A stretch of DNA of 63,635 nucleotides, counting the filler, from Collodictyon triciliatum (taxonomy: Eukaryota), in assembly GCA_043381765.1 (NCBI GenBank). It is 5 parts of 5 records of this genome, joined end to end, with 100 filler letters (N's around TTAATTAATTAA, not from the genome) between each part and the next. Parts side by side here need not be neighbours in the genome. Positions count along the whole stretch, not along the records: positions 17,611 to 32,134 come from JBHJMP010001803.1; positions 32,235 to 46,771 come from JBHJMP010001804.1; 3 more parts are not named here. The stretch is one strand, 5' to 3'. The translations under genes were made by a program, and so were the position numbers. Of the stretch, positions 29,401 to 42,200 are shown in pieces. Below the pieces are notes generated by a model. It saw only the letters and a program-made list of their open reading frames with translations, had not been told where the DNA came from and searched no databases. Positions within the stretch are counted from its first letter, which is position 1, and the number at the start of each line of letters is the position of its first letter.

Positions 29401-31971
29401 TATTGCTTCAAAAATAGCACATTCGGAGCAAAATTATGACGTATATTTTATTTCTTGGGGTTACATATTAAACGGGAGTTATTAAATGAATATAAAAAAA
29501 CATATTGCACCCAAATAACAAAAGTCATATTGCGAGTGAAAATTACGTCAAGTTTTTTCACTAGAAGAGATAAAACTGTCCCAGCAAATGTTTCGTAGGC
29601 ATAGCTCACTGATTGATTTTGTTTGTATTAAATAATTGAAGTCAGTTGTGTATATGGCAGGTGCAGAATTTACTAATTAACTAGGGTATATGTCTTCATT
29701 TACCATGACTTTCTTCGTGCATTAAAGAAGCTGACTGCATACCATCGAAGTCTTGGAGTGAAGGTGTCCTCTGTATTGAGCCGAATGAGTTTTTCAATAA
29801 CATAAAATGTGTGCATTACTATGGTGTCAAATTTTGATTTCTGAAACATGAAAGTTGTTATGATCTACAAACTACTCTGGACGACGGTGGGGCATTCACA
29901 GAATTCATTGTTTTACGAGACTCCACGGATGATGGCGTTGATTGAGGGCGAGGTCTTTAGAAGATGCAATGTGGAAAGAACAAGAGAAAATGGAAAAAAA
30001 ATTAGTTAGGTATCAATGTCCATAATACTAGTGATGGTAATATTCCCAAAATGATATATGGAATATAATAAAAAGAATTTTTTATTATAAATGTATCAAC
30101 CTATGCGTGGTGGTGTCCGAAGGGACGGCAATTGGCAATTTAGATGTAATCGTAGAGCGATGGGATGTATTGATTTTCTGAATTGATGGTTTGCTGGTGA
30201 TACTTGGGAGGTATTCTCTAAGTTTCGGTGGATTTCGAACTGTGGGAGCCAAGGATGGAATCCTGTAAATTCCCATAGAGCCAGCAGATACGGATTTCTG
30301 ATTATGACGTGGGAATGGCCCGATGATTTTTTCGGTACGAAAATCAATATTCGTTGATAAAGATGAATTCATTAATGGTGTCAAGGCTGTGTCCAATTGA
30401 TATGAAACGGATGGTGGTCTACTGGGAATTGGAAATGACTCATTTCTCTATGCGATAGAAAATGGATATATCAAGTGAGAAGCAGGTCCAAATATTCTAT
30501 CCGATGAAATGAAAAAAGGATAACATATTTTAACTAAGTGAAGGTAAAAGGGAAAATGCTACTTTTCCTATTTTATTTCGTGACTACCTCCTGCGCTTGA
30601 CTTTGGTCATACAGCTGTATCCGTTCATCTGGAAAATATTTCTGCTCTTTTGTTTCCTTCGCAAAAATTGAAGTCAACATCAGAATGATTCGTATAATAT
30701 GTTAAATTTACCAACAACCCCTCGGTTTACATGGTCTAGTCGTAAGTTGTTATTTTTGTTTTTGTTTATCATAATTGGTATTATTATCATTATCATTATC
30801 ATTATTGTATTCATTCCAAAAATATCTCAGTGCTGCGTTGACCAATTTTGTGAACAAAACAGCCAAGCCATTAAATAAAAGTATATTTCTCAAGAGTAAG
30901 CCAACAATAGACACAAATACCTTCGTTCTCAGGGGCCGAAGCTCTTCTCCCAGAAAGAGCCGCCCATCCCAACCAACCTCTCGCCGGCCAAGCTCGTTCA
31001 GCGATGGTGACGGTGTATTATGAGATTCACTATGTAGTGGTATTTATAATTAAGTTTACAGTGATGCATATCGTATGAAAGGCTATAATAAGAACGATAT
31101 ATACATCCTTCAATTACTTTTAGGAATACATAAAAAATCATTATCATATGATGACATAACGTATGATTGATGCGTGAATGTGTGATTTTATTGTTGTGTA
31201 CGTAGGTTCAATTTCAAAGACTTTGTACGAGCGTGTGGTTACTGAGGCTTGATGCACATGGTTGAAAAGGAACGCGGTGGTCAAATAAGTGGAGTGATTG
31301 AGACGGTGACATAGGGAAAGCATACCATCTGCTACTATCCCGGCCAAATCTCACTTGTGGGTCGAATGAAGATTCAGCTCCGTCGGTGAACTCATCACCA
31401 TTGGGTTTGTGACGATCTTTCTGTAGATAAACAAAAATAATGAAGTCACTAATGATTTATTAAACGTATTAAAACAGAAAGCGAAAAAAGATAGACACAT
31501 AGACACATAGACACATAGACACATAGACAAATAGACAAATAGACAAATAGACAAATAGACAAATAGACAAATAGACAAATAGACAAATAGACAAATAGAC
31601 AAATAGACAAATAGACATATAGACATATAGACATATAGATACATAAATATATACATAATCACATCGGCACATGGACACATATAAATAAAAGGAAATTGTT
31701 GATGAAAATAAGAATGATCGCAAGCCTCTCGGCAAATGAGCAACAAACTCGGCGAGTGTTGGAAACATGTGTCTGAGGAAGATAATTGCGATGGTACTGT
31801 CCGAGTGGGCGTGTGCTTCCACCGTATCCGCCACGGTGATTTAAAGGTACATAGTTTTGTGCGTGCGAGAGATCTACTGGCGCGTCCATCTGTAATAATG
31901 TTGATGCAAAAGAGTGATGATTGTGTATTATTCCCAGGCGGTAAGGGAATGCGGAGTTTTGATTCTTCCAT
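26438..31971 (-). CDS. Protein with two tandem cyclic-nucleotide-binding domains and long low-complexity termini
   Basis: [37 protein letters not shown] (~28860-28915), [41 protein letters not shown] (~27705-27765); stop 26438-26440; N-terminal exons less certain. Confidence 0.75.
28259..28447 (+). repeat. Compound G/T microsatellite (GGTTT/TTTTGG/TTTTTG variants), intronic
   Basis: Degenerate 5-6-mer array. Confidence 0.9.
31490..31640 (+). repeat. (ATAGACAA)n octamer microsatellite, intronic
   Basis: Array with ATAGACAC and ATAGACAT variants. Confidence 0.9.
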
Positions 31972-32047
31972 AATTCCTCCCTATTGTGTCATTTCTGCTC
32001 TTTCTGTTTTTTTGTTTTTTTGTTTTTTGTTTTCGTTTTTTTGTTTT

Positions 32048-32134
<87 letters not shown>

Positions 32135-32234
32135 NNNNNNNNNNNNNNNNNNNNNNNNNNNNNNNNNNNNNNNNNNNNTTAATTAATTAANNNNNNNNNN
32201 NNNNNNNNNNNNNNNNNNNNNNNNNNNNNNNNNN
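32135..32234. other. 100-nt scaffold linker
   Basis: N-TTAATTAATTAA-N. Confidence 0.95.
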
Positions 32235-32900
32235 CGTCGCCATTCTTTTTCCGCCTCAAGAACGAACGCTCGTCTAACGGTGCGCAGTCTATGCAGTTCT
32301 CGATGGCTATGGCCTACTCCAAATTCTTTCGATACAAAATATCGCCGCCGACACCCTACAAAAAGTCAAAACATCAACGGTGGGGAGAAACACTGGGCAT
32401 CACCCACGCCCCGCTCACCGCGAGCTGGAGACAAGCACGAACCTCCACAAGTCCTTTCAAATCACCGCTCTCTAATGGTTGATAACACCGATAGGGAGCT
32501 ATGGATAGGCACACGCGCGGCAAAAGCTGGCAAAGTCTCCCAACAATGCACACTTTGCAGCAACGGTGATGAATCCATCGAGCACACGTTTGTACAATGT
32601 CCCTTCGCTCAAAGCCTGCGCGAAACAGCCGGTGAGATTCTTCGACTGACACTCAAGACGGCCGCGGCTGTTGTACAACCCAGGTGATATTTGGGCCTCT
32701 GCAACAGCTGCGTCCAGATGCAAAAACATTCTGGGCAGTGACGCGAGGCCATTTACTATGGACTGTGTGGATAGCACGCACATAGTCACGCAAAGCAAGA
32801 CTCAACAACCAGCCACCCATTCCTGATAATAGACTGAATGAAATCATACAAATCTCTTTACTCAACAGCTTCCTTCGCCACCTGCACGTTCTCTACTACT
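32235..32900 (+). mobile_element. Decayed C-terminal fragment of a non-LTR retrotransposon ORF2 (zf-RVT, L1/Tx1-like)
   Basis: QCTLCSNGDESIEHTFVQCPFAQ matches the CxxC..E(S/T)xxHxFxxC zf-RVT motif, followed by LLWTVWIAR (WxIWxxRN-like); in-frame stops and frameshifts; no introns. Confidence 0.75.
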
Positions 32901-33237
32901 CAGACCCTGTGAGAAGAGACATGTGGAAAGGGACATAGAAAGATATTAAACTTCGCCTTGTATCTCTCATGCAAGCACAAGACCCAGGCTACAGGCCAAA
33001 CCGCAAGATGCAATTGCTGTTTACCGACTACTTCTCCACCACCCAGCCACCGAGTAGCGTCCATGCAAACGATGGCTAGCGAACCAAAGCCAGCATCTCC
33101 ACTATCCTGCACAAAATTGAAAGGAGGAAAAAATCTGGTAGTGAAAGTCACTGGTTGGAACCCTGTTGGTTTGGGATATGCTTTTGGAAGACAGTGCAAA
33201 GCTATCTTCAACTTCAGATTAGGTCTTTGCTTCACAA

Positions 33238-33341
33238 ACAAAACAAAACAAAACAAAACAAAACAAAACAAAACAAAACAAAACAAAACAAAACAAAACA
33301 AAACAAAACAAAACAAAACAAAACAAAACAAAACAAAACAA
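33238..33341 (+). repeat. (AAAAC)n microsatellite
   Basis: Pentamer array. Confidence 0.95.
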
Positions 33342-34420
33342 TCAATCACTTAAATTCCTCCAGTCGTGTCATCTGCCCGCTGGTCAATATGCCTAGCCTG
33401 CCTCTAGACTTTTACTTAATCATCGCCCTTCGAGTGGCTAAGCCCCCAAGGTTGCGATTGAGCACAGAAGAGATGAGTCGTGCAGAGATCCAGAAGTCGA
33501 GACCACTCAGCACGCCGAGGCTAATACCCACACCCACATAAACCAAGGTATTTCCCTTGTTAAAGCACTGCCACAACGTTTCAAGATACTACCCAGTGCA
33601 TTCGCCTGCGCTGAAAGGGACTTCGTGATTGCCGATATTCGTGCGAGAAAGCAAGCTGTATGAATTCCACATCTGATAACGCCTCAAGAGAGACCGGATT
33701 TGGGGAGGGGTTGAATCCGGGCAGGTCTTTTGGTTTGGGATGAAGAAGTCCTCCAGCATTTCCGTGGCAAGATATAGACAGCTGGTGCGACCTATGTTTC
33801 CTATTTAGTTCACTTAACATAGAAATTCAACAATGTTCCTCTGAAACATTGCAATGGTGTGATGCTGTGGTTGCAAGAAGTTCGCAAATCAGTAACACCA
33901 TCACCAACCCGCTCCGCCCTAAATGTCCAGCTGTTCGCGGGCGCATGTTTTAAGACAATGCAGCTTTGATTATGTACTATGCCTCGCCCACAAGAGAACG
34001 AGCTTTGCGCAGCACACCATTTGACAAACCATTCACTGTCCGGACACACGTCCCTGGGCTTGCGCACGTCCAGAAGGATCACCACTGCAAATCAATTCTA
34101 GCAACTCCTACGCTCCAAGGCATGTCAGACAATCCTCCTCTTTCGTACCGAGTCTGTTTTTTTTTCTACCCTTCCTCCCCTCACGCTTTATATTGCGCAA
34201 GCAGAACAACAGTATTAAAAAAATCACTCCGGGTGGTTGCATCACATTCCTAATGCAATCCAAGTGCAATTGTGTGATTTGGGGCTCCTTAAAGAAAGAA
34301 GCTTTTTTTTTTTTTTTACCTTAGCTACTCCCATAAAATAAATACGAAAAAAAAAGAAAGAAAAAAAAAGAGGAGGATTGAGGCTTTCACTAAATCGACA
34401 TTGAGAATGACGCGCATTTA

Positions 34421-35209
34421 ATGAAGCCAAATAACTGCCAACATACCACAATGATTGCCCTCGAAGCTCACGCAGACACCAAAAATCAGGCTAGGATAGC
34501 CAGAGACCACGCAGAAATGGCCGCCCCTCCTCAAGGACAAACCTCACGCCTGGCCGAGCAGATTGCCGTATACATACATATGCAGATGCCACCAGAATCG
34601 CAACCGACGCCCGAGACAGTGGCGGATGAAACCTCATTGCACACACCAATACACGAGCTGGAAACTGTCCTCGGCCAGAAGGTGGATTGGGCTTCCACCT
34701 GCACGGCGCAACGGGACATCTACACGATTGTGGAAATCCTGCACGCCTGTGATATTGCCTCAGACGCATGTGTGGCACTGGGAGTCTTGTATCTCAATCG
34801 CTTTCTACGACGCAGATGTATCTGCCTGACACCACGCTCAGCCCCGTCGTTGTTGCTTGCGTGTGTAGCAGTGGCTTCCAAGTTTGCAGACGATACATGC
34901 CATAACATCCTGACATATGCCCATGTTGGTGGACTCCCTGTCTCATTGCTGGCTGCTCTCGAATGCGACGTCCTTCTCGCCCTGCAGTTCCGTCTCCATG
35001 TCAACCCTGTCCGCGTTCACGACCTGCTTGCAGCTTTTCAGACCCCTCTGAACCCCACCGCACACCCAAGCCTTTCATTGCAACTCCATTCTCACACAGG
35101 TTCAGATTCCCATATGCAGACTGGCCAACTATCTTTGATAGCAGACTCGCCCGTGACCTATCTCGCAGTATCGTCCGCTTCCGATGCAGATGGCTCCTTC
35201 TCCATATAG
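34421..35209 (+). CDS. PHO80/P-type (U-type) cyclin, intronless
   Basis: ACVALGVLYLNRF...LLLACVAVASKFADDTCHNILTYAHVGGLPVSLLAALECDVLLALQFRLHV matches the PHO80-like cyclin box; start could be 34451 or later. Confidence 0.85.
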   Translation: MKPNNCQHTTMIALEAHADTKNQARIARDHAEMAAPPQGQTSRLAEQIAVYIHMQMPPESQPTPETVADETSLHTPIHELETVLGQKVDWASTCTAQRDIYTIVEILHACDIASDACVALGVLYLNRFLRRRCICLTPRSAPSLLLACVAVASKFADDTCHNILTYAHVGGLPVSLLAALECDVLLALQFRLHVNPVRVHDLLAAFQTPLNPTAHPSLSLQLHSHTGSDSHMQTGQLSLIADSPVTYLAVSSASDADGSFSI

Positions 35210-35710
35210 CCTTATCACAACCTTGGATTCCTCTGTCACATCTCTCGCGGTAGTATTATCTTCACGTAAAGACCGACCTTCAGGTCCTTCTTTATTTTTC
35301 TTTTTAACTGGATCCAATCTCTCCTGGTGCCGTGATGCCCTCACCCTGGAATCCTACCCAACTTGCAGCTGCAATCATGTATATTGGAATAAACTAAAGC
35401 CTTAGCTGATTTCCTGGTTGAGGCACCCCCCAAACTCCCGACCCATTCGTCATGCTGGTTGATTATGGTTCTGACATTTACATGAATCACCTAAGCAAAG
35501 CACACAAACAACCAGCAACCTCTCCTGCGAACCAACAACGAATAGGCAGAAGCATAAAAAAGTTATTTTCCACACATGGCTGGTTACTATCCACCCGCTT
35601 CGGTGGGCTATAGATCGTTTCCAGATGCATTATTCCTTTTTTAGAAATAGACTAAGCCACCGAACTGAAGTTTTGGGGTTTCTCCTGCGCCCTTGTTTGT
35701 GCGGTGATTA

Positions 35711-35790
35711 AAGTCGTTCTCTTCTTCAATGGCATAACCTCGCTGCACTTTGAATCGAATAAAGGAAAAAAAAAGAAGTCGTTCTCTTCT
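35711..35790 (+). mobile_element. Short poly(A)-tailed retroposed insertion with 15-nt TSD (copy 1)
   Basis: AAGTCGTTCTCTTCT at 35711-35725 and 35776-35790 flanks a 50-nt insert ending CTTTGAATCGAATAAAGG-A9. Confidence 0.75.
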
Positions 35791-35929
35791 CAAGTCACAA
35801 CGCGGGTGTCTCATTGAGAAGTGTGAATCGTGAGTGAGATGAGTTCGACCCAACACAGCACAGCCTCCTTCGCACTATCATTCTACCACAAAATCCTTGG
35901 CTGCAGAGATACTTTTTGACAGCGTTGCC

Positions 35930-36177
35930 AAACAAACAAAGAAACGAAGAAACAAAGAAACAAACAAAGAAACAAACAAAGAAACAAACAAAGAAACAAA
36001 CAAAGAAACAAACAAAGAAACAAACAAAGAAACAAAGAAACAAAGAAACAAAGAAACAAAGAAACAAAGAAACAAAGAAACAAAGAAACAAAGAAACAAA
36101 GAAACAAAGAAACAAAGAAACAAAGAAACAAAGAAACAAAGAAACAAAGAAACAAAGAAACAAACAAAAACAAACAA
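35930..36177 (+). repeat. Compound (AAACAAACAAAG)n/(AAACAAAG)n microsatellite
   Basis: Array upstream of ferrochelatase. Confidence 0.95.
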
Positions 36178-36270
36178 GTAAATAAATAAACGTTCTCCCG
36201 TTTAGTTTTGCTCATAAAGCTCTTGTTTACAGAAGAAAAAGATACAGTTCGTCATTTCAGGATACACAGA

Positions 36271-38933
36271 ATGCTTGCCCCATTCGTTCCAAGAGCCCTG
36301 CATCGGCTCTCCGGTAATATTTTCTTTACTTTTTAAATATTCGGTTCTTTAACAAGCGGCCATTTCCCTTATTCCCCCCCCCCCCCCCCCCCCCCCCAAT
36401 TTTTTCATAGTATCATAGTCTCGAAAAGAAAGAATACATATTAATAATGACCTTGTTCGGCATTCATTCACGCGACCTAGGTTTCAGTCTGTATTCTACC
36501 GCTACAAAGCCACCGTAAATATTTCTCTCATTATGCCTAGTTCTATAAGTAAACTCTTTCTTTTTTCTTCTTCTTGCCCCAAACCCGAACCACAACGGCT
36601 CCTTTTCCTTATCTCGACATAATCTCCTTCTGAAACCAATAAACATCTAAAATGTGTAATCTCGCCTTCAGCCTGCCAGATAGGTCATTAATATGAGAAT
36701 GACCATTAAAACTAAACAAACCTGTCACACACAGAACCGGTATTGTTATGTTGAATCTTGGTGGGCCTGCAGACCAGGCCGAAGTGGAGCCATTCCTTCG
36801 CAGGCTCTTTTCCGACCGTGAAATCATACAACTTCCTTTCCAAAAGTTTGCCGGGCCCTTGATAGCTAAGCGCAGGTCTCCAGATGTTGCGGAACAATAT
36901 CAAAAGATTGGTATGTTATGTGATTGGTCATATTTCAGTTGTTTTATTCTACTATTTAGAGAGGACATGTAAATGATCTCAAATATGAAAACCTCTAATA
37001 AAATCAGTGGAAAAAAATACATCGCTGAGAAACATAAAACTTGTCAGGTGGTGGTTCACCAATTCGCTCATGGACACAAAAGCAAGGAGAGGCTCTTGTG
37101 AAGCTGCTTGATGAAAGACTCCCAGAGACTGGTTACTTTCATTACCACATTTTCCTGGCGATTTACTAAATATATTCATTTGTAAATAAGATACACGAAT
37201 ATGACTTAATGGACATCTTAACATTTGCAATGCTATTATTTTGCATGATATCATTATGACCGTATAAAGATTCCAAATCTAACTTCTTTTTTTTTTCTTG
37301 GTGGCTATGAATGAACCCCTTGCTACAGCTCCACACAAATTCTACATCAGCTTCCGATATGCCAGTCCACTGACGGAAGATGCATTGAATGAAATGAAGA
37401 AGGACAATGTTAAAAGGGCGATTGCTTTTACTCAATATCCACAATACTCTTGCTCGACAACAGGCAATTATTCTGTTTATTTCCTTGAATTAAGTACCTT
37501 TAGTCATTGTGTGTCTTAAAATTCATGAATATCCACTACCTGTAAGATGTTTGTCAGAAAGTTGACTACATGAGTTTAATTTTTATTTGCTTATTGTCAA
37601 TTTTTAATTTTATTCAACATATGGAATTATACAGGGAGCAGCTTAAACGAACTTTGGAGAGGCCTTAATGCATCAGATTCCCTGTCTATGTTTGATTGGA
37701 CAGTTATTGACAGATGGCATTCACATACGTCATTGGCAAAGGTTATTTTAACTGTCTTCGTTCTTTATTTTCTATATATGCCTGATTTCAAGAATCTCCA
37801 AATAATTACTGAAGCAACTTTAGCATCAAAATAGCTCCAGTGCAATAGCAAATGCATACTTTCTGATGTAAATAACTGTAAAGGCCATCGCTGAAAACGT
37901 GAGGGTGGCTTTGAATTCTCTACCCAAAGAAGAAAAAGACAGCACTGTGGTTTTATTTTCGGCCCATTCGCTCCCGCTCAAAGTAGTGAATAGAGGCGAC
38001 CCATACCCATACGAAGTAATCGATTTTTTCTATTATGCAACGTATTATCACATTGTCATAAATTCAGTGTATTTTAACACATTGCTGTATTTTTACTTCC
38101 TAAAAAAATGAAAGAAATAGGTAAAAAACGAAACATATAGAATAAAACTTGTGCATAATATAATATTCCACGTTAATACCACCAGGTGGGAAATACAGTC
38201 CAAAAAGTGATGCAGGAATTAGAACACCCGCTTCCTTTTCGACTTGTGTGGCAATCAAAGGTTTTGAAACAAACACATCGCAACCTGCCTGCTTATTTCT
38301 GTTAACAGAATATTACAGCCAACCTCTCTTTCGTCTTCGGCTGCCAAACAGACCTTATTTGAATAGCTATGAACACCTCTTTCGTTGTTAATTGACCCAA
38401 CCAAACAGGTTGGTCCGCTTCCTTGGCTCCAACCCAGCATGGAGAAGGCCGTGCACGGATATGCCTCACAAGGATACCGCAACCTCGTTGTTGTCCCCAT
38501 TTCCTTCACAAGCGACCACATCGAAACCCTATTTGAAATCGACCAGACATATGCCGACCTCGCAAAGAAGGTGTGACCAAATAATAATAATAATCTTTCA
38601 TTTGCCCCCATCACGGGTTGCAATGGACAGGAAATATCAAAACTCCTCTCCCTCTCTCCCAGCCAATCAGCAACAAACTAATCTGAAACCATTACCTCCC
38701 TTCCACAGCTGGGCTATGCAAACTTTGTCCGCGCGCCTTCGCTCAACACCGAGCCGCTCTTTATCCAAGCCATGGCCGATGTCGTTGTGGACCACGTTCG
38801 TAGCAATCAAAAGTCGTCGTCCCTCCTCAAACTGCGCTGCCCAGAATGCACAAATGCCCAATGCGCAACAACGAAGGACTTTTTCACAACATCTCCACAG
38901 CCCGCTGCCCGCTCCGTCCCGCAGCCGAAGTAG
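36271..38933 (+). CDS. FECH: Ferrochelatase, mitochondrial type with [2Fe-2S] cysteines, 10 exons
   Basis: [82 protein letters not shown]-terminal CPECTNAQC. Confidence 0.97.
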
Positions 38934-39238
38934 AAGGACAATCACGAACTGCTGATGTCTGATGACCCACGTTCTGCACACCCACACTAAACCAATCACT
39001 CTGCCTTCTACGATTTGCTTTGATTTCACAACAGAAAACAAGAATGGAACAATAATAATAATAAATTATCAGGAAAACACATGTCTCGCTTTTCATTTGC
39101 TATTAATATATATTATGTCATCAATCCGCTTTATCGGCGTGTGGAATGATTTTTCCTTTTCTTTTAAGGGGAAATATATACAACCATCCGATTATTGATA
39201 ATGCGATGTGGTTGAATGCTTAAGTCGGATAGCTCTGT

Positions 39239-42200
39239 TTATAATGTTGAGAAATGCACCCTCAGCTGTTTCATCAGTTCATGAGACTCAGTGTGAGTCG
39301 GGCATATTTCCAGTGCCTTTGATGCGTATTTAAAGCTCTCTTGCAGGTCTCCCACCTTATTTGCCAGAAGTGCTACAGGAAAAGAAATGGACAAGAAAAA
39401 ACGGTAAATATTAAGTTATGAAAGAATGATTTTCATTTCCCATGCCCAAATGACAGGCAACGAAGCGCAAGAAACTCAGACCTGCATTAAAGAATGCCTC
39501 GTGCAAGTGTTGGTTGAGTGTAAGAGCAGAGTGGAAATTGGACTTTGCTTGCTCGATGTTTCCCCTACGCAGCTCCAGGACACCGAGATTGTTGAAGGAC
39601 TCTGCATGATGTGGGTCGATGGACACAGCAATCTTAAATGCTTGGTAGGCAAGGTTAACATCCCCGATGCCAATAGCCACATGGCCGAAGTTGTACCTGG
39701 TCGAATATATCATATAGTTATTGGGGAGAGTTATAAATAACTTACATATTTTTAAAATATTTCTTATATAAAACCTCCTCTTTTTGCCATTTTTTTTTGT
39801 AAGCTATTTGAGAATTACCAAACGTCTCCCATATCACCATCGTTTGCAAGAATCAGGGCCCTCTCAAAACAATTCAGTGACATATCAAACTATATTCCCA
39901 TGTGATTGGTAGTTAATACATGAATTTACATGTTTCGGACATAAAGGAATTGCAGCATGCAATTCTCATCGAGTTTGATACCTGTTGGGCATAAAAACAA
40001 CAGAGGCCTATATTTGCCCAAATTTCAGTAGAATTGACTCCCATCTGTGGTATGACAGAGATAATATTAAAATTTTGAATACGTAACAAAAGTTTATTGT
40101 CTTTTTATCTAAAGAAAAAGGGGAAGGATAATTAAGACAATCATTAACAAAAAAAATAATAATAATTAAGAAAAGGTGAATAAAGCATAAACCTGCAGCA
40201 GCCGGCGATAAAATCGCAGTGCCAGCTCTGGTTGGTCTGTATAGAAGTGATTACTAGCAATGCATGCAATCGCCTCAACATTGGCGCTGTCTATTTGAAG
40301 CACTTTTTTATAATACAATATGCTTTTGGGGATATCATTGATTGCATCATAGACACGCGCCACGCCTGTCAAAAGCGAAACGTCCCCAGGGAATCTTTCT
40401 GAGCCCTTCAAATAATATTCCAGCGCAGTATTGGGTTGATCCATCTTAAGATATACTTTGCAAAGTTCAAGGTATGTGGAGACCATTTCCTAATGAAGCA
40501 ATTAAACTGAGAATAATAATAATAATAATAATAAAAATAAAAAAACAGAGAACATCTCACTGGGTTATATATACAGTCTACGTTCGCTTTAATATATGAT
40601 AAATGTAGTATTCTTATGTTTGAACATATTCCAGAGGCAATTCACCTGATTTTTCAGGGAACTCTTGAATTGCCGCTCTGCTTCACGAAGCAAACCTAGC
40701 TTGTAGTAACACTTTCCTAGTCTCGCCTTCCACCACCAATCTTTGAAGGTATATATGGTTAAAGATGCAGCTCTCTGTCCTTTTCAATCGTGACGAAGAA
40801 AAAAGGGGTGTGAAACTGTGATAAAAAATGTCCTTCGATCATTATTTGTACTTTTTTTAAAAGAAAAATACTAAAGAACAATCAAATATTATCCCAGCAG
40901 TTATAGACAAAAGAAGAAGGGTAGAAGTGAAAAGGATATTCGGATTGTGCGGTCGCCAGCGAGGCGAGTTCAAGCGCTTTCCTTGGGTTTTGTAGTTGAT
41001 ATAACATGTAGTCACATAACATCTTTGCTAGCGCAGGTCGAGCAGCATACTTTCTCAAATCTAACTTATCGACGTTGATGTAAACACCTCCTGGGTCTGA
41101 AACCATACTTGCTGTGCCCAAGCGAACAAACCTATCATAAGAAAAACAATAAGTTCCACAAGGTTGGATTTCAATAGAAATAATGAAAATAAGAAAATAA
41201 GAGCATCCATCATAAAAAAAAATCATTATAGTGACATCTGCCTCATAAATGTTAAAGCTGCACACCTTCCAGATGACGTTACCGGTCTGCTAGTCCCAGG
41301 GCGATTTCCTTGGAAGGCCTGGTCCACGGTCATATTACCAGTCGATGGCCTGCGAAAATAAATTATACATAATGATAAGTTCTTCAATTATAATTCTGAC
41401 TTTCTAAATTCCTAGCAAAATAATAAAATAAAAAAACTCGCCCCCACTTTCGTTTTATTTATGTTTAAATAAGCTACAATGTGGTGTGATGTGATGTGAC
41501 CAGACCTTGAGGACCCTGTCCCTGGACGTGCGTATCCAGAGAGTGGGCGACCCGAAGCGCTGACCGGGCGCACAATCTGGCTTTGGGGCCCCGACGCAGA
41601 CGTCAATGGACGCGCAAGAGACGTGCCTGGGCGAGGCAGCTGAGCAATAGCATTCTGATCCATGAGCAGCTCTGCAACGCCCTCGTCTTCCATGTCCATC
41701 ACATCGTCCACGTAGGTCTTTTCGATCATGGCGCGTGTTTTCAGAAACCATACAGCCTGTTGTCCGTTGTTTTCGTGTTGAGAATGAGAGCGGCGCAATT
41801 GCGTGATATATTTCACAAAGCACAGGTAGGCCGCGATGTTGTCCAGATGTAAGCGGGGCATAAAAAAATAATAATAGGAAAGGAAAAATAGAAAATAGAA
41901 AATAGAAAATGAAAATAAAAATAAAAATAAAAATGAAAAAAGAATAAAATGAAAAATACAAAACGAAAAATAACAAATGAAAATAAAAATGAAAAATAGA
42001 AAATGAAAAATAGAAAATGAAAAATAGAAAATGAAAAAAAGAATAAAAATGATAAAATAAAAATGAAAATTAAAAAAAATGAAAATGAAAAAAGAATAAT
42101 AATCAAAGGGGATACAATACTGAACAATCGGCCCACAAGATATATATAACAGAGATGTGAAGAGTGGGTGACTGAAGGGCGGAACGACAAGCCTGATCGA

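Noticed and set aside
35590-35613. Small C(UUCG)G tetraloop hairpin
   Set aside because: Only about 5 bp of stem with no other ncRNA evidence.
36373-36397. Long poly-C tract in ferrochelatase intron 1
   Set aside because: Simple homopolymer; G-quadruplex potential alone is not evidence of function.
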